Shown here piece by piece: positions 33,970 to 42,685 of a stretch of 55,236 bases of DNA. Both the position numbers and the translations under genes were made by a program. The stretch lies in IMG/VR virus record IMGVR_UViG_3300028802_000019, positions 1-55,236 of that record, one strand, 5' to 3'. Origin of the DNA: a virus. Lineage: Duplodnaviria > Caudoviricetes. Positions within the stretch are counted from its first letter, which is position 1, and each line of letters opens with the position of its first letter. The notes under the pieces were generated by a model, which saw nothing but the letters and a program-made list of their open reading frames with translations, ran no database searches and was not told where the DNA came from.

Positions 33970-36066
33970 TCACTTCGCGCCCTTCGCTGCCGCCCACGTA
34001 TACCCCACCTTTGCAGACACTATGAGAGGGACCGGCCCGAGTATGGGATCCCCCTCGCTGTTGGTGACCCCCGACATCGTCTCGACAACCAGGGGCAACG
34101 TCTCAAACACGTGTCGTTCATCGCAACGGATCACCACCTCGTCGTGTACCTGCATGATCATCTGGGCCGGTAGTTCCTGGAGCTTGGGGTAGAGATTGAG
34201 CATGGCCATCTTGGCTATGTTGCTAGCAAAGCCCTGGATGCGGGCGTTGACCGCCTGTCGTTCGGCGTGCATCCGCGTGCCGTCGTGGTTCTCGTAGAGC
34301 ATGGGGAGCCGCCGCAGCCTGCCCACCGGAGGGATGACCACGTGCGGAGGCTTGGTGCCGTCAGCGAGATCCCCGGCCCTGCGAGCGCGCTCCAGGAGCT
34401 TGCGCTTCCAAGGCTCCAACCCGGCGAAGGTGGCGTAGTACCTGCGTATCAACTGCTTCGCCCGCTGGAGGGAGCAGTGGGCGACGAAGGCGATGCGGGC
34501 GGGGCCAGCACCATAGAGGACGGCGAAGTTCTGCGTCTTGCCGACCGAGCGCTGCTCCTCGGAGACGTCATCGAGTTCGACCTGGAACATGGCCGAGGCC
34601 GCGGAGCGGTGGATGTCCTCGCCGCGACGGAACACGGCCAGCATCTCGGGGTCGCGGGACTCGTAGGCGGCGCAGCGCAGTTCCACCTGGTCGTAGTCAG
34701 CCACGATCAGGAGGTGGCCGGGACCGGCCACGAACAACTGGCGGATCGAGGTGCGGCCCTTCTGCTCACGCGGTAGCTGCTGGGGGTTGGGCGCCGAGCA
34801 GGACAGGCGCCCCGTCTTGGTGCCGTGCTGCTTGAAGCCGGTATGGATCCGCTGCGTACCATCGGTATGCGGTTGGAGGTAGGTCTGGAAGCCCTCGATG
34901 AAAGTGCCCCGGAGCTTCTCCAACCCGGACCACTCCAGTAGCAGGGTCGCCATCGGGTTACCGCGGTTGGCGTAGTAGTCCAGCACCGCCTTGGTGACCT
35001 GGGGTACCTCGGTCTTCTCGGTGTAGCTGAGGGGCTGCAAGCCCTGGGTCTCCAACTGCACCTTGTTGGAGAGGCCGACCGGGATGGGCTTGGGGGTGCC
35101 GTGCTTGTCCCTGATCTGCTGGCCGAACATAACCCAGCGCTTGGCCTCGGTGTTGGACAGGGAGAACTCGTCCCCGGCCAGGCCCGCCGCCTCCTGCTCG
35201 ATCTCGTGGATGCGTCCGAGCAGGTCGGCCTTGACCTGTTCCATCTCGGCCAGGTCCACCGGGAACCCCTCGTACTCCATGTCGATGAGCACGGGGTACA
35301 GCGACATCTCAAAGTCGTAGACGGGGAGTAGCCGCTTGCGCCTCAGGATCTCGTGGTCGCGCTGGAACAGCAGCCAGGCATACCTGAGATCCTTACACAG
35401 GTATCGAGCGACCTCATCGAGGCCGAAGTTGGCGACGTCCTGCTTGCCGAGATCGGGGTAGATCGAGCGCCGCTCCCGCGACCAGCCGAAGGTCGAGTAG
35501 GTCAGGGGCTTCAGGCCGTACTCGATCAAGTTCTCGTTGAGCACATGCCGAGCGATGATCGTGTCGTGGTACGGCCCTGGCGGCATGGCGTCGTAGTACT
35601 TGCGCAGGCTCTGGATATCGAACTTGACGTTCGATCCGATCTTGGCGCGGCCCGAGAACATCAGCGGGCGGATGAGATCGGCCACGTCACCGGGCGGTAG
35701 CTGCGCTGGCGGGTCGGCGTAGACCGTGGGCACGGTGACGTCCACCATGCGGTGGCTGGGCTGGTGGGTGGTCGGCGTCCAGTGACGCGGGTCGTCCTCG
35801 GGGTAGAGCAGGTGGGCAGCGCGCTTGATCTTGTGCTCGCGCTCGATCACGACGCCCTTGGGGTGCTCCACGGGGATCAGGTAGGCCTCGGCGTAGGAAC
35901 CGAGGCCTACCCAACGCACCCGGTTGGAGACGGGCGTCCCCATTGTTGTCTCCAAGTCGAGCACGAACGCATCGCGCCGTTCCAGGGACCGCACCGCCCC
36001 TCGTACCTCGTCAGCAGTGAGGAGGACGTGAGGAACGTACGGATCATTCAGCCACGGGCCGCGCAC
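33970..36066 (-). CDS. polA: Family A DNA polymerase with 3'-5' exonuclease
   Basis: Exo DLET, NVKFD, YLCKD; TGRLSCSAPNPQQLP, ADYDQVELR, KTQNFAVLYG (Phe at the 762-equivalent), QVHDE; no 5' nuclease domain. Confidence 0.95.
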   Translation of the reverse strand: MRGPWLNDPYVPHVLLTADEVRGAVRSLERRDAFVLDLETTMGTPVSNRVRWVGLGSYAEAYLIPVEHPKGVVIEREHKIKRAAHLLYPEDDPRHWTPTTHQPSHRMVDVTVPTVYADPPAQLPPGDVADLIRPLMFSGRAKIGSNVKFDIQSLRKYYDAMPPGPYHDTIIARHVLNENLIEYGLKPLTYSTFGWSRERRSIYPDLGKQDVANFGLDEVARYLCKDLRYAWLLFQRDHEILRRKRLLPVYDFEMSLYPVLIDMEYEGFPVDLAEMEQVKADLLGRIHEIEQEAAGLAGDEFSLSNTEAKRWVMFGQQIRDKHGTPKPIPVGLSNKVQLETQGLQPLSYTEKTEVPQVTKAVLDYYANRGNPMATLLLEWSGLEKLRGTFIEGFQTYLQPHTDGTQRIHTGFKQHGTKTGRLSCSAPNPQQLPREQKGRTSIRQLFVAGPGHLLIVADYDQVELRCAAYESRDPEMLAVFRRGEDIHRSAASAMFQVELDDVSEEQRSVGKTQNFAVLYGAGPARIAFVAHCSLQRAKQLIRRYYATFAGLEPWKRKLLERARRAGDLADGTKPPHVVIPPVGRLRRLPMLYENHDGTRMHAERQAVNARIQGFASNIAKMAMLNLYPKLQELPAQMIMQVHDEVVIRCDERHVFETLPLVVETMSGVTNSEGDPILGPVPLIVSAKVGYTWAAAKGAK

Positions 36067-36069
36067 CGC

Positions 36070-36858
36070 TCAGTCGTCGTAGTCTTCGTCGGCCAGTTCC
36101 GCAGCCAGATCGCGCAGTTCCTTCACCGTGGGCACCGAGATGATCTCGGGGGTGTAGCGCTCGATGGCGTCGAACTCAGCCTGGTCGGGGACGGTGACGT
36201 CGTAGTCCTCCTCCAGCGAGGAGGCACGGATCGGGGAGATGTTGTACTGCACGGTGCCGCCGCGGCCACCGGCCCCCGACTTCGACACCATGAAGAAGCC
36301 CTTGGTCAGGGGGGCGATCTTGGCGTCGTTGGAGTAGGCCTTCAGCACGTTGTAGATGCGGGGCTGGGCGTCCCACGACTTCAGCAGCAACTGCCCGTCG
36401 TCACCGATGATGGCGATGTTGAAGGCAGCCACCGCCTGGGGCTTCTCCCCGATCTTGCAGAGCGGGCAGTCCTTGCCGTCGAACGACTTCAAGCAGGTGT
36501 AGGCGCGGACGTTGCGCTTGCCTGGGGTGGTCGAGGCCCGCTCTATCCAGTGGCGCTTGAAGTTGACATAGGGGAGGTCATCGAGGAACTTGACGAACTG
36601 CGTGTTCTCGTCGGGCTTGAACGTCTGGGCGTAGTCCGACGTGGAGTCCATCTGCTTCTGGGCCTCGGTCCACCCACCGCGCAGCGCTGGCTTGGCCTCA
36701 CCGTTGCCCTCGGCGGCGGTGTTGGTGGCCCGCAGTCGAGCGCGGGCCTTCTTGACCTTGGGATCATCCTCGACGTCAACGGTGTTGACGTCGTCGTCCT
36801 CATACTCGGGTTCGGGAACCGGAGCGGGGCGGGGACGAGCAGGTCGCTTCGATGGCAT
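36070..36858 (-). CDS. gp32-like ssDNA-binding protein
   Basis: VKFLD..HW..C..CPLC and an acidic C-terminus, next to the polymerase. Confidence 0.75.
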   Translation of the reverse strand: MPSKRPARPRPAPVPEPEYEDDDVNTVDVEDDPKVKKARARLRATNTAAEGNGEAKPALRGGWTEAQKQMDSTSDYAQTFKPDENTQFVKFLDDLPYVNFKRHWIERASTTPGKRNVRAYTCLKSFDGKDCPLCKIGEKPQAVAAFNIAIIGDDGQLLLKSWDAQPRIYNVLKAYSNDAKIAPLTKGFFMVSKSGAGGRGGTVQYNISPIRASSLEEDYDVTVPDQAEFDAIERYTPEIISVPTVKELRDLAAELADEDYDD

Positions 36859-36894
36859 TGCATCTACCTCATGTTGTGATAGTTGGGTATGTGA

Positions 36895-37332
36895 TCACCC
36901 GGCCAGTTCTTCGAACCGTCGAGCTACGTCGGCACAGAACGCAGGCGTCGGAGGCTCCTTGTTGAGCAGCACCCTGTGCTTCTGCGCCGTGGCGAGAATA
37001 GCCTCGATCTGCTCACGCGTCCAGAGACGCTTGCCCTTGTCAGAGCGACCGGCAGCGACCGGACGGACGGTGCGCGGTCCTCGGATCCCCGAGCGCGGTA
37101 ACAGGCTCATCGCCTCCCAGGCGCGGATCGATTGCACGCTGTATCCAAGTGCCTTGGCGAGGTGGGAGATCGTGAAGAACTCCCGCTTCTCGCCGTTGAC
37201 CTTGTAGTAGACGGGCTTGGCGTCCCAGTCGTTGATCTCGACCGGTGGCTTCTTCTTCCCCCTGTTCACAGGGGGCTTCTTGCCGGGGTAGTCCAGGTCA
37301 CTGAACCGCTCTTCAACAATGGTGTCACTCAC
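36895..37332 (-). CDS. MerR-like HTH DNA-binding protein
   Basis: FTISHLAKALGYSVQSIRAWE..KRLWTREQI. Confidence 0.8.
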   Translation of the reverse strand: MSDTIVEERFSDLDYPGKKPPVNRGKKKPPVEINDWDAKPVYYKVNGEKREFFTISHLAKALGYSVQSIRAWEAMSLLPRSGIRGPRTVRPVAAGRSDKGKRLWTREQIEAILATAQKHRVLLNKEPPTPAFCADVARRFEELAG

Positions 37333-37696
37333 TTCGTATCTTCTCCAGGAACTCTCGGGTGGTCTCCCGCCATTGGATCAGCGGGACGACTGCGTTGACG
37401 GGGATGCTGCCTCCGGGCCACAGCACCATGACCACGGTGGTCATGATGTCGTCGGTGGTCCAGTCCAGATCGATTCGGTTCTTCTTGGGCCGGTGCTGGA
37501 CCGACCCGTTGGCTGAGGCGATGCCGTGCTGGTTCTTGCGATGGTTGCCCAGGGCACCGGCCGTGCGGTACTGCTTGCCGCACTCGGGGCAAGGCCGCGG
37601 CTCGCGGTGGGAGGTCATGTGGCCCTGCAAGGCCAGTCGCGTGGCGAACGCCTTGTCGCAGGTGCCCACCGTGCAGGCGAACTCTTCGTCGCTCAT
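37325..37696 (-). CDS. Tandem C2H2 zinc-finger protein
   Basis: F-x-C-x4-C-x3-F-x5-L-x2-H-x3-H, then C-x2-C-x3-Y-x5-L-x2-H-x4-H. Confidence 0.8.
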   Translation of the reverse strand: MSDEEFACTVGTCDKAFATRLALQGHMTSHREPRPCPECGKQYRTAGALGNHRKNQHGIASANGSVQHRPKKNRIDLDWTTDDIMTTVVMVLWPGGSIPVNAVVPLIQWRETTREFLEKIRSE

Positions 37697-38049
37697 GCCG
37701 ACAACTCCTTGACCTTCGTCTCAGCCTTGCGCCTGGTCGTGCGCTGCTCTTGCAGGCGCTGCACCAGCAGCATCACTCGGAACGCCGCCCGGTCGGGGCG
37801 GGTGCCCTTCGGGTACTTGTACCGGTCGGGGTAGACGTAGCTGCGCGTGACCAGTTGCCCGTAGGTGCCGATCACGTCGCGCCGCTCGGTGCCGCAGCGC
37901 TCGCAGCGCAGCGTCAGTGGACTGCCCATCTCGGTGTTCCAGGTGCTGTCGTAGTCGTGCCATGCATGGCCCAAGGTGTTGCAGCGGAGGTAGCCCAACC
38001 GCTCGTGATCGGCCGTGCTCATGACGGCTGCCGCCAGTTGATCAGTCAT
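37693..38049 (-). CDS. Zn-binding hypothetical protein
   Basis: C..GHAW..CERCG..YVYP. Confidence 0.7.
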   Translation of the reverse strand: MTDQLAAAVMSTADHERLGYLRCNTLGHAWHDYDSTWNTEMGSPLTLRCERCGTERRDVIGTYGQLVTRSYVYPDRYKYPKGTRPDRAAFRVMLLVQRLQEQRTTRRKAETKVKELSA

Positions 38050-38108
38050 GTTGCTCCAGTTGTGTGTCCCAGTGATATCGCCATATCAGACGATGGTAAC
38101 TAGTAACC

Positions 38109-38585
38109 CTACTCTTCCACCAGATAGAAGGCGAAGTTCTCCGACCGGTTCCAGCACGCCTCCATCTCCTCGTCGGTGATCGTGCCGTCGAAGTTGGCAG
38201 CAAGCACAGCGTCCTCGTTGACGACGCGGACAGTTTCGGTGCATAGCTCGACCAGCCCCTTGCGCTCCAACAAGGCCATCACCTTGTCGGCGTCGAGGGC
38301 GGTGACCTCGCGGCGTACACGACGTATGCCGGTGACCTGTTTCTCGGTCAGCTTGCCGGTGGCGTTGTAGCTGGCGAAGGTCAGCGGCTCGTTGAGGTTG
38401 AGGATCCGGTGCCCACCCTCCTGAGGGGCGCCCACCTCGGCCAGCAAGGCCATGAACTCGGCCTTGTACCGGTTCTCGTGGGCGGTGGCGCGCTCACGCG
38501 CCGAGCGGTTGAGCAGGTACTCGGACACCTCATTGTCCAGGTCGTGGGCGGTCGGGACGGCGGGGCGGCGGATCTTGCGTGGCAT
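38109..38585 (-). CDS. Hypothetical protein
   Basis: ATG 38585; helical protein heading the leftward replication operon. Confidence 0.65.
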   Translation of the reverse strand: MPRKIRRPAVPTAHDLDNEVSEYLLNRSARERATAHENRYKAEFMALLAEVGAPQEGGHRILNLNEPLTFASYNATGKLTEKQVTGIRRVRREVTALDADKVMALLERKGLVELCTETVRVVNEDAVLAANFDGTITDEEMEACWNRSENFAFYLVEE

Positions 38586-38607
38586 GGGGGGACGGTAGAT
38601 GAAGTGG

Positions 38608-38655
38608 TTGTGTCTAGCAAGTGCGTGTGGTTGACTGGTCCACAACCGAACCGAA
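38608..38655 (+). promoter_or_regulatory. Candidate promoter plus AACCGAACCGAA motif
   Basis: TTGTGT-17 bp-TTGACT, 7 nt, motif at 38644-38655, GGAG RBS. Confidence 0.45.
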
Positions 38656-38665
38656 TGGAGTCACC

Positions 38666-39559
38666 ATGCCACGTCTACGCAAGGACGGGAAGCCCTACGC
38701 ACCCCGTCTGAACTGGGCTTTGATCATCGCTGAAGCAGCGGTCATCGCTGCCAGCTACAGCACCACCGTCACCCTCAGGCAGTTGCACTATCGCCTCGTC
38801 GCCGCCGTGGTCGGGGGCTATGACAACACGGAGAGCCGCTACAAGGCGCTGTCGTCCCGGACCAGCGAGGCCCGCCGCAACGGCACCTTCCCGGCGCTCT
38901 CCGACACCACCCGCAGCGTCACGCGACCACAGTCGTTCGCCAGCCCCGCCGCCGCCGTCGAGTGGGTGAAGGAAATCTACCGGCGCGACCGCACCGAGGA
39001 CCAGACGTTCCAGGTCTGGGTGCTGTTCGAGAAGGCCACCCTGGCGGCGCAGGTACAGGACTGGACCTGGGAGTACGGCCTGCCCACCGCCGCTCTGCGC
39101 GGCTACTCGTCGGAGTCCCTGGAGCGAGAGATTTGGAAGGCGATGGCCGACGACGGACGCCCCACCGTCGTGTTCTACCTCGGTGACCTCGATCCCGAGG
39201 GCGAGGACATCGAGCGCAACTTCATCGACCAGGCGACGCGCATGGGCGTCAGCTTCAAGCACTGGGAGCGCCTCGGAGTGACGGAGGACCAGGCCCGTCC
39301 GGTGGCACTGGGAGGCCTGGGCCTCGTCGCCAACCCCGGCAAGCTGACGTCGTCGCGAGCGTCAGGGTTCGCCCGCAGGCACGGGGGCCGCGTGTTCCAG
39401 ATCGAGGTCGAAGCGATCGACCCCGGCGTCCTGAAGACGCTCGTCATCAACGCCGTCACCGACACGGCGTGGTTCGATCAGAGTTTGGTGGACGCGTCCG
39501 TCGCCCAGGAGGATGAGGACGTCGAAGTGCTGGAAGAGGTCGTCCAGGAGATGGAGTGA
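38666..39559 (+). CDS. Topo VI-A/Spo11-like (WHD + TOPRIM; Mini-A-like) protein
   Basis: TLRQLHYRL (catalytic Tyr helix), LFEK, RGYSS, YLGDLDPEG, EVEAI. Confidence 0.8.
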   Translation: MPRLRKDGKPYAPRLNWALIIAEAAVIAASYSTTVTLRQLHYRLVAAVVGGYDNTESRYKALSSRTSEARRNGTFPALSDTTRSVTRPQSFASPAAAVEWVKEIYRRDRTEDQTFQVWVLFEKATLAAQVQDWTWEYGLPTAALRGYSSESLEREIWKAMADDGRPTVVFYLGDLDPEGEDIERNFIDQATRMGVSFKHWERLGVTEDQARPVALGGLGLVANPGKLTSSRASGFARRHGGRVFQIEVEAIDPGVLKTLVINAVTDTAWFDQSLVDASVAQEDEDVEVLEEVVQEME

Positions 39560-39560
39560 T

Positions 39561-39617
39561 CTTGTGTGACAAGTTTGCTCGCCACTGTTGCTAGGATCTC
39601 GCCCAACCTGAACCGAA
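39561..39617 (+). promoter_or_regulatory. Palindrome, extended -10 and leader motif
   Basis: CTTGT-GTG-ACAAG at 39561-39573; TGcTAGGAT; 7 nt later AACCTGAACCGAA. Confidence 0.5.
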
Positions 39618-39630
39618 AGGGAACAACAAC

Positions 39631-40725
39631 ATGACCGAAGCCCTCCAAGAGGAACTCGACCTCGACCAGGAGATCGACCAGGAGATCGTGGAGGAAGACC
39701 ACGATCGCCGCGGCGACATCAACTCGGCCGACCGGTCGTTCAAGTCAGCCAAGGAGCGCCGCGCCGAGGCCTACGCCTCTCTCAACCAGTTCCGCTGGGA
39801 GATGTGCGAGTGCCCCTACGGCCCGCAGTTCTCACACCGGGCGTACGCCAAGGCGGTCGGCGTGGTCCACTCGACCATCGACAAGGGTGTTGCCTCCTGG
39901 CAGACCGTGGTCGATCGCGAAATGGCCACTGGGGAGCCATTCTGCGACTACGGCAGCATCCCCCACCACGTCCCCGACGCCTCTCCTGCCAAGGGCAGCG
40001 GCCCCACCGAAGACCAGGTCGGCCAGCACGCCGAGGCAACCAAGAAGGCATCCGCCAGCGAGTTGCGCGGTCTCGCCATCGAGGAACTGGCCACCCGCTT
40101 CGGCGTCGCCTTCGACACGATGAAGAGCAACACCCCCCTGATCAAGGACGCTCTCTCCCGCCTCAACGAGTACGACATCGAGGGTCTGGCGGTCGAGGCG
40201 GTGCGTCCGACGATGGCGACGATCGTCCTGGAGATTTACCAGGAGCACAAGCTGCGCGCCGCCCGCGAGAGCAGCATCCAGCGCTGGATGGCGGCGAACC
40301 GCGGCGTCGAGACCAAGGACATCAAGCCCGCCGACGTCACGTCGATGTACACCCGCATCGAGCGCGTGATGAAGCGCAAGGATCTGGAGTGGGCTGAGGC
40401 CGAGGCCGAGGTCCGTCTGTCCGACCAGCAGGATGCCGAGGCGCAGCGGATCACCAACGAGTTGGCCCGCGCCGCCCGCATGGCGATCCTCGACCTGCGC
40501 AAGTCGGGCGCCGACCTGAAGCACGCGTCGATGGAGATGGTCAAGGCGGTTCGGAAGATCGAGGCCGACCAGATCCCCCTCACCACCGACGAGCGCGACC
40601 TCTCCCTCATCGATCTGGACGCCGCTCAGGCGGCGATCCACCTGGCCCGCGCAGCCCTCACCGGGAACAGCGGGACCGATTGGGACGCCGCCCTGGCGTC
40701 CCTCACGGAAGGAGGAAATGCATGA
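39631..40725 (+). CDS. Helical protein with N-terminal HTH
   Basis: FSHRAYAKAVGVVHSTIDK HTH; C-terminal LTTDER..DWDAALASL. Confidence 0.7.
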   Translation: MTEALQEELDLDQEIDQEIVEEDHDRRGDINSADRSFKSAKERRAEAYASLNQFRWEMCECPYGPQFSHRAYAKAVGVVHSTIDKGVASWQTVVDREMATGEPFCDYGSIPHHVPDASPAKGSGPTEDQVGQHAEATKKASASELRGLAIEELATRFGVAFDTMKSNTPLIKDALSRLNEYDIEGLAVEAVRPTMATIVLEIYQEHKLRAARESSIQRWMAANRGVETKDIKPADVTSMYTRIERVMKRKDLEWAEAEAEVRLSDQQDAEAQRITNELARAARMAILDLRKSGADLKHASMEMVKAVRKIEADQIPLTTDERDLSLIDLDAAQAAIHLARAALTGNSGTDWDAALASLTEGGNA

Positions 40726-41213
40726 CAGCAACCATGACGGGGGACCAGCAGAACAGGGACTGGGCAAGCCAGATCCACACCCTGCTGGCCAACAACCCGG
40801 ATGGGATGAAGCGTGACGACCTGATGGCGGCGTGCCAGCCACCCATCCCGGACGTCAACACGTTCCACGTCGTCAAGGGGATCCTTCAGGACCGCCTCGG
40901 CTCGACGCAGATCACCGTCGTCGGTGACTCACGGACGGCCGGTCAGGGGGTCAAGGGAGGCTGGACCTACAGCCTTCAGGGGGATCCCGAGCATCCCATC
41001 GCTCGCCGCTACTCGATCTACAAGCTGCGCCGGATCTTCGCGTTCCAGCGCCGCAGCTATGTCGTGTCCACGGCGCTGGCGAACGGGATCAACGGACGCA
41101 CGGCCGTGGGTCGCGCAGCCAACCGCGTGCGGATGCAGAATCGCCGCACGATGGAGGACATCGCGGACGCCCTCACCGAACTCGGTGTGGTGCCCCCGGC
41201 CATTCCGGCATAG
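40722..41213 (+). CDS. Putative winged-helix protein
   Basis: ATGA-coupled with GGAGG RBS; IHTLLANNPDGMKRDDL..WTYSL. Confidence 0.6.
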   Translation: MTATMTGDQQNRDWASQIHTLLANNPDGMKRDDLMAACQPPIPDVNTFHVVKGILQDRLGSTQITVVGDSRTAGQGVKGGWTYSLQGDPEHPIARRYSIYKLRRIFAFQRRSYVVSTALANGINGRTAVGRAANRVRMQNRRTMEDIADALTELGVVPPAIPA

Positions 41214-41242
41214 GGATCTCCCCGCGGCGGACGGGGGGTACG

Positions 41243-41276
41243 AGAGGGCCAGGGGAAGGTGATCCCCTGGCCCTCT
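41243..41276 (+). terminator. Intrinsic terminator-like hairpin
   Basis: Perfect 14-bp stem AGAGGGCCAGGGGA/TCCCCTGGCCCTCT followed by TGTCGTT. Confidence 0.7.
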
Positions 41277-41381
41277 TGTCGTTCTCGTGTGATACCGTCG
41301 CGGCTCTAACAAGGAGAAGCCCCGGCCGCTACAGCCAGGGCTTCTCGGGACGAGCGACCACGTGCAGGAGGTCACCGCCGC

Positions 41382-42488
41382 ATGGCGACACTATCACAAG
41401 ACGCACGCAAAGCTGTAGCGCGGTTGAAGAAGCCCGCCGACATGCGTCCGACCACCTGGAAGCAGGAGCAAGCGCTGCTCCGGGAACTGTGCCGGTACCT
41501 GCCCAACATCCACCCCGGTCAGCGCCACCTCGCTGAACGCCTGCACACCTCCCTGTCGGTGGTCCAACGCCTCGTGGCGCGGGCCGAGGCAGAGGGCTGG
41601 ATCGAACGCTCCGAGCACCCAGCGCCAGGCAAGCCGAAGGCTGGGACGAGCTACCGATTGACGTTCCTACAGTCCCAGTTACAGTCCCAGTTTGGGTCAG
41701 AAATCGGGACAGAAGAAGACCGGAGGTCTTCGACTACGTCTCAGACACTCCGGGTTGTGGGGTTTGCGCCTTCGGCGCCGGGAGCACGTCGGCTGAAGAG
41801 GCGAGACTCTCGTGCCCACCACGGCCGACAGCCCAACCGGTTCGACGGCTACTGCCGCGTCTGCACCCACCCCGTGGGTGCCTTCCACGGCTTCCTCCAC
41901 GGCCCCCACCCAGTCCACCGCGAGTGCGACAGCGGGGAGCCAGACTGGCCACGGCTGAAGGAGTACCTGATGGCGAAACACCGCGAGCGCTACGGCGACC
42001 CCGACGCCTGGGGTCCGACCCTGGGCGACGACCCCGAAGCTCCGCTTCCCAGCTACAGCCCTCCACCGGCCAAGCCCCAGGTCAGGCTGGCCAAGCACTT
42101 CGAACAGCACTGGAACGAGTCGATGTTCAAGCGCAAGGAGTGGCGCGGCGTGTACCGAGGTATCGACCTCGGCCCCGCCATCGGGTACATCAAAACGAAG
42201 ATGCTGGACGCTGGCTTCAACGAGGAGCACATCGCCCTGATGATCGATGAGTTCTACTTCGATCTCCTCGACCCCGAGACCGACGTGATGATGCGTGACG
42301 GTCAGACTTGCTGGCAACTGTTCACAGGGTGGTGGGGACGCCACCCGGTGGAGGATCCCGTCCCGGCCCGCAAGCGGCGCGAGCGCATCGACGCCATGTC
42401 CAAGGCGGTGGCCGACCACATCGCCTCGATCACCAAGCCCGAGCGGCCACCCGTGCGCCGAAGGGTGTTGACGCAACGGAAGCAGTGA
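41382..42488 (+). CDS. Putative replication initiator (HTH + Zn finger)
   Basis: HPGQRHLAERLHTSLSVVQRLV..GWIER..SYRL wHTH; CRVC..HREC; upstream of helicase and primase; AGGAGG RBS. Confidence 0.65.
   Translation: MATLSQDARKAVARLKKPADMRPTTWKQEQALLRELCRYLPNIHPGQRHLAERLHTSLSVVQRLVARAEAEGWIERSEHPAPGKPKAGTSYRLTFLQSQLQSQFGSEIGTEEDRRSSTTSQTLRVVGFAPSAPGARRLKRRDSRAHHGRQPNRFDGYCRVCTHPVGAFHGFLHGPHPVHRECDSGEPDWPRLKEYLMAKHRERYGDPDAWGPTLGDDPEAPLPSYSPPPAKPQVRLAKHFEQHWNESMFKRKEWRGVYRGIDLGPAIGYIKTKMLDAGFNEEHIALMIDEFYFDLLDPETDVMMRDGQTCWQLFTGWWGRHPVEDPVPARKRRERIDAMSKAVADHIASITKPERPPVRRRVLTQRKQ
41668..41691. repeat. 12-bp tandem repeat inside the Rep-like gene
   Basis: TACAGTCCCAGT twice. Confidence 0.8.
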
Positions 42489-42685
42489 ACTACCGTCAGC
42501 GGTCCAAGGTTCGGTCCCCCGATGGGGACACCGATGAGGCCACCATCACGGAACGCTCGACGGAGTGGGCCGAGGCTGATGAGGGACTCATCGGGGGGCG
42601 GATCTCTTGGCTACATCCGAACCTCCGAGCCTTGGAGCACTGCCGTGCATCTTCCCCGTACGCGTCATGGAACGCGGTGACCTAG
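42485..42685 (+). CDS. Possible small hypothetical protein
   Basis: GTGA overlap and fills the gap; weak codon signal at the 3' end. Confidence 0.3.
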   Translation: MNYRQRSKVRSPDGDTDEATITERSTEWAEADEGLIGGRISWLHPNLRALEHCRASSPYASWNAVT

